DNA of 64,000 nucleotides from Anthoceros angustus (Eukaryota; Plantae; Anthocerotophyta). A model generated the notes under the pieces. It saw nothing but the letters and a program-made list of their open reading frames with translations, was not told where the DNA came from and ran no database searches. The stretch spans positions 433,724 to 497,723 of the forward strand of contig MU008200.1 in NCBI GenBank assembly GCA_010909165.1, read 5' to 3'. Positions within the stretch are counted from its first letter, which is position 1. Each line of letters begins with the position of its first letter. A program made the position numbers and the translations under genes. Shown here in pieces: positions 61,839 through 64,000 of the stretch.

Positions 61839-63620
61839 TGTGGTAGGAAAACCAGGCTTGAGAGATCCTCCCACTGCGGCCCACTTATCCCTTTATTGGC
61901 AAATCGTTGGGTTTCGTCCCATGAGACTTGTGTGAAAGTTCGAGGCCTTGCGATGGCCGATCGCTACTGCGGAGACACAACTTCAGCCTTCTAAAGCAAG
62001 CAAGGCGCCCTCTACTCACCCTCTTCGGCGGTGCACCGCTGCTTTGAAAAATCACCAATCCTCGACCTACAGCGACACAACACAATTGCGTCTGCCTTGA
62101 GCCTATCACGGGCGCCAGGGACCCCCAGTCCACACCGCAATTTCGTCCCTACTTCTAAGACCACTCTTCTCCACTCGGGAGGCGCTCTTTTACTTGATTT
62201 GGGATTCGTCCCTTAGGCTCTGTGGCCTTCCACTTCACGCCTACACTCTATTCCTCTACTCATCTCCTCATCCTCTTCCTCCTATTCTAACCTCGATTCA
62301 GGCTTCTGGCTTGACTCGCCCTTGCAGCTGGCACAGGGTCGGCCTCCACCCGGCAAGTTCTTCCTTGGGCGGTTGCTGAGTTTGACACGGGGAGAACCTT
62401 GAGTCTTTCCACCGTAGTCTACCCTCAAGCCGAGTTCCACAGGCATTGCCACACCCAAAGCAAAGCAATTTCAGCAACCATTCACAAGGGAGCAACTCGT
62501 TTAGGCACTTACTGAGCAAGTCCTCACCAAGCACTCAGGCCATAGCGACTTCCTCTCTACCCGCGTTGGCTCACTGACACGAAATTCCTCTGTAATGGCA
62601 AAGGACTCGGTGAGTGTGGAAGCGCGATGATACTTTACTTTGTGAAATCCTCCTCCTCTTATAGGAGGCCTTCCCATACAACCTCCCAGGTGACCCTCTG
62701 CAGGTCACCTTTTCCAGTCTATTATTTCCTACAGCATGTTTAAGGCTAAACCCATTGTCTAGTTGGTAAATTCTATTCTAGCAATTTCACCTAAGGATCA
62801 TCCTTAAGGATGTAAACATCTTACCTATCCTTTCTATTCTACTCGACATTTATGGTCTTTGACCATTCCTAGTCTATCCTGGGGTGGCGGCGTGTTCCTT
62901 GTGGATTGGCTCCCTTGCCCTCCTTTTGCTCTTCCCGAGATCACATGTCGTCTTCCGATGTGTGGGGCAAGTACAATCTGCCCCTTCCTTCAATTTCACG
63001 GTGGCGCCCAATTCACATCACTCCTCCGGCAATCGCTCCTCTGCGCACCTAGGCGCCCTCCAACCTCCGCGCTGGTGGCGCCCGTTCATCAGCACTCTGC
63101 GGTGGTCTGGCGGACTACGGGGTGGTGACCTACCATGTAGTCGGCCCTTCTCTCCTTCTTCTTCTCGGTGATGGTCACAGGTTGAGATCCTTTTGCTCCT
63201 TTCCTGTTTGATTTGTCCATACCCTTGGAGCATATCTTCAAAGTTCCTCCCATTTGGGAGATGTTTGTCCTCGCTAATTCCTCCGGGCCTTCTTTGCGTT
63301 GGTCTCCTCTCCCGGTTGAGCCTTCCCTTGCTTTCGTGGGGTGATTCTCTTCTTCCTTGGCCGGATCGTCGTGTTCTCCTCAGGAGTTTCTCCCACCTCT
63401 TCTTGATCCTGGCTGTGTCCAGGCCCCAGCTACTTCTCTCACATCGGGTCTCAGCGTGCTCTCGGCCAGCTCCACGCTCGCGGTTGCCCTACCCTTCTGG
63501 CGGACACGGTGTAGAAAATTGCTTCTCGATAGCGGCGGACTACTGGTGGTGGGGATCACCGTGGTGGTGACCCCCACGCCGGGTATCCCCCTCCTTTCTG
63601 CGCCATCTTTCTTCTCTGGC
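61839..63620 (-). mobile_element. Gypsy G1e: end of extra ORF, PPT and 3' LTR (61839 to about 62820), joined to the gag of G1d
   Basis: Colinear with 5854-7565; TATA box and GGTGACC hairpin are conserved. Confidence 0.82.
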
Positions 63621-63664
63621 CAGCGGTTTTCTCTTAGCCCTCCGTGTGGTGAGGAGAATCAAGG

Positions 63665-64000
63665 GCCTCGACGCCGCCGCAGCGCCCGCGGCTGCCGCCA
63701 CCGCGGCGCGCTGCGCCGCGCGCCACCCTCCGCTAGCGCCAGCGCGCCTGGCGCGCTGCCCGGCGCCGCCCGCCCTGCGGGCCTTGCGCTGCGCCCAGCG
63801 GGCTGAGCGCCAGCGGCGCGCCCTGCGGGCCGCGGGCCCCAGGCGCCCGGCGGCGCGCTCGCCCCGCCCGCGGCCCAGCGGGCCGGCGCTGCCAGCGCTC
63901 CGAGCCGCCCAGCGCGGCCCTGGGCGCTCAGCGCCCGGGTTGCGGCCCGCGGCGCGCCCTCCAGCCCGCCCGCAGCGCCAGCCGCCCCGGCGAGCTGCGG
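63665..64000. repeat. Extremely GC-rich low-complexity tract (GCGCC/CCGCG-like)
   Basis: Almost no A/T; no periodicity or protein motif recognised. Confidence 0.7.

Noticed and set aside
5854-63620. Head-to-tail tandem array of G1 elements sharing one LTR
   Set aside because: Homology of the two LTR copies stops exactly at the LTR terminus, and no PBS follows either. Nested insertion of 3' LTRs into other G1 copies explains it better.

Overview
Eukaryotic land-plant genomic DNA. The exact lineage cannot be determined from sequence alone. About 85% of the window is nested LTR retrotransposons: two Ty3/Gypsy families (G1, five fragments; G2, two fragments) and seven Ty1/Copia elements or remnants (C1-C7) with short LTRs and tRNA-iMet primer-binding sites. 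One host gene appears intact: a five-exon POLAR-like coiled-coil gene (44039-49090, +, about 1482 aa as modelled). Most notable observations: (1) a frameshifted, apparently intronless LRR receptor-like kinase (signal peptide, LRRs, LRR C-cap, TM, full RD kinase with WAK-like motifs; about 25650-27954, minus) lies inside a 3.6-kb insertion that splits the integrase C-terminus of Copia C2, which sits in Gypsy G2a, which sits in Gypsy G1c; (2) several Copia elements carry an extra ORF between the PBS and gag, with an Arg-rich start and, in three, an amphipathic helical end; (3) both Gypsy families carry a homologous extra ORF between integrase and the 3' LTR. Repeats are full of 1-3 nt indels while the host gene has none, so many apparent frameshifts may be consensus errors. 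All family assignments come from manual motif recognition, not database searches.
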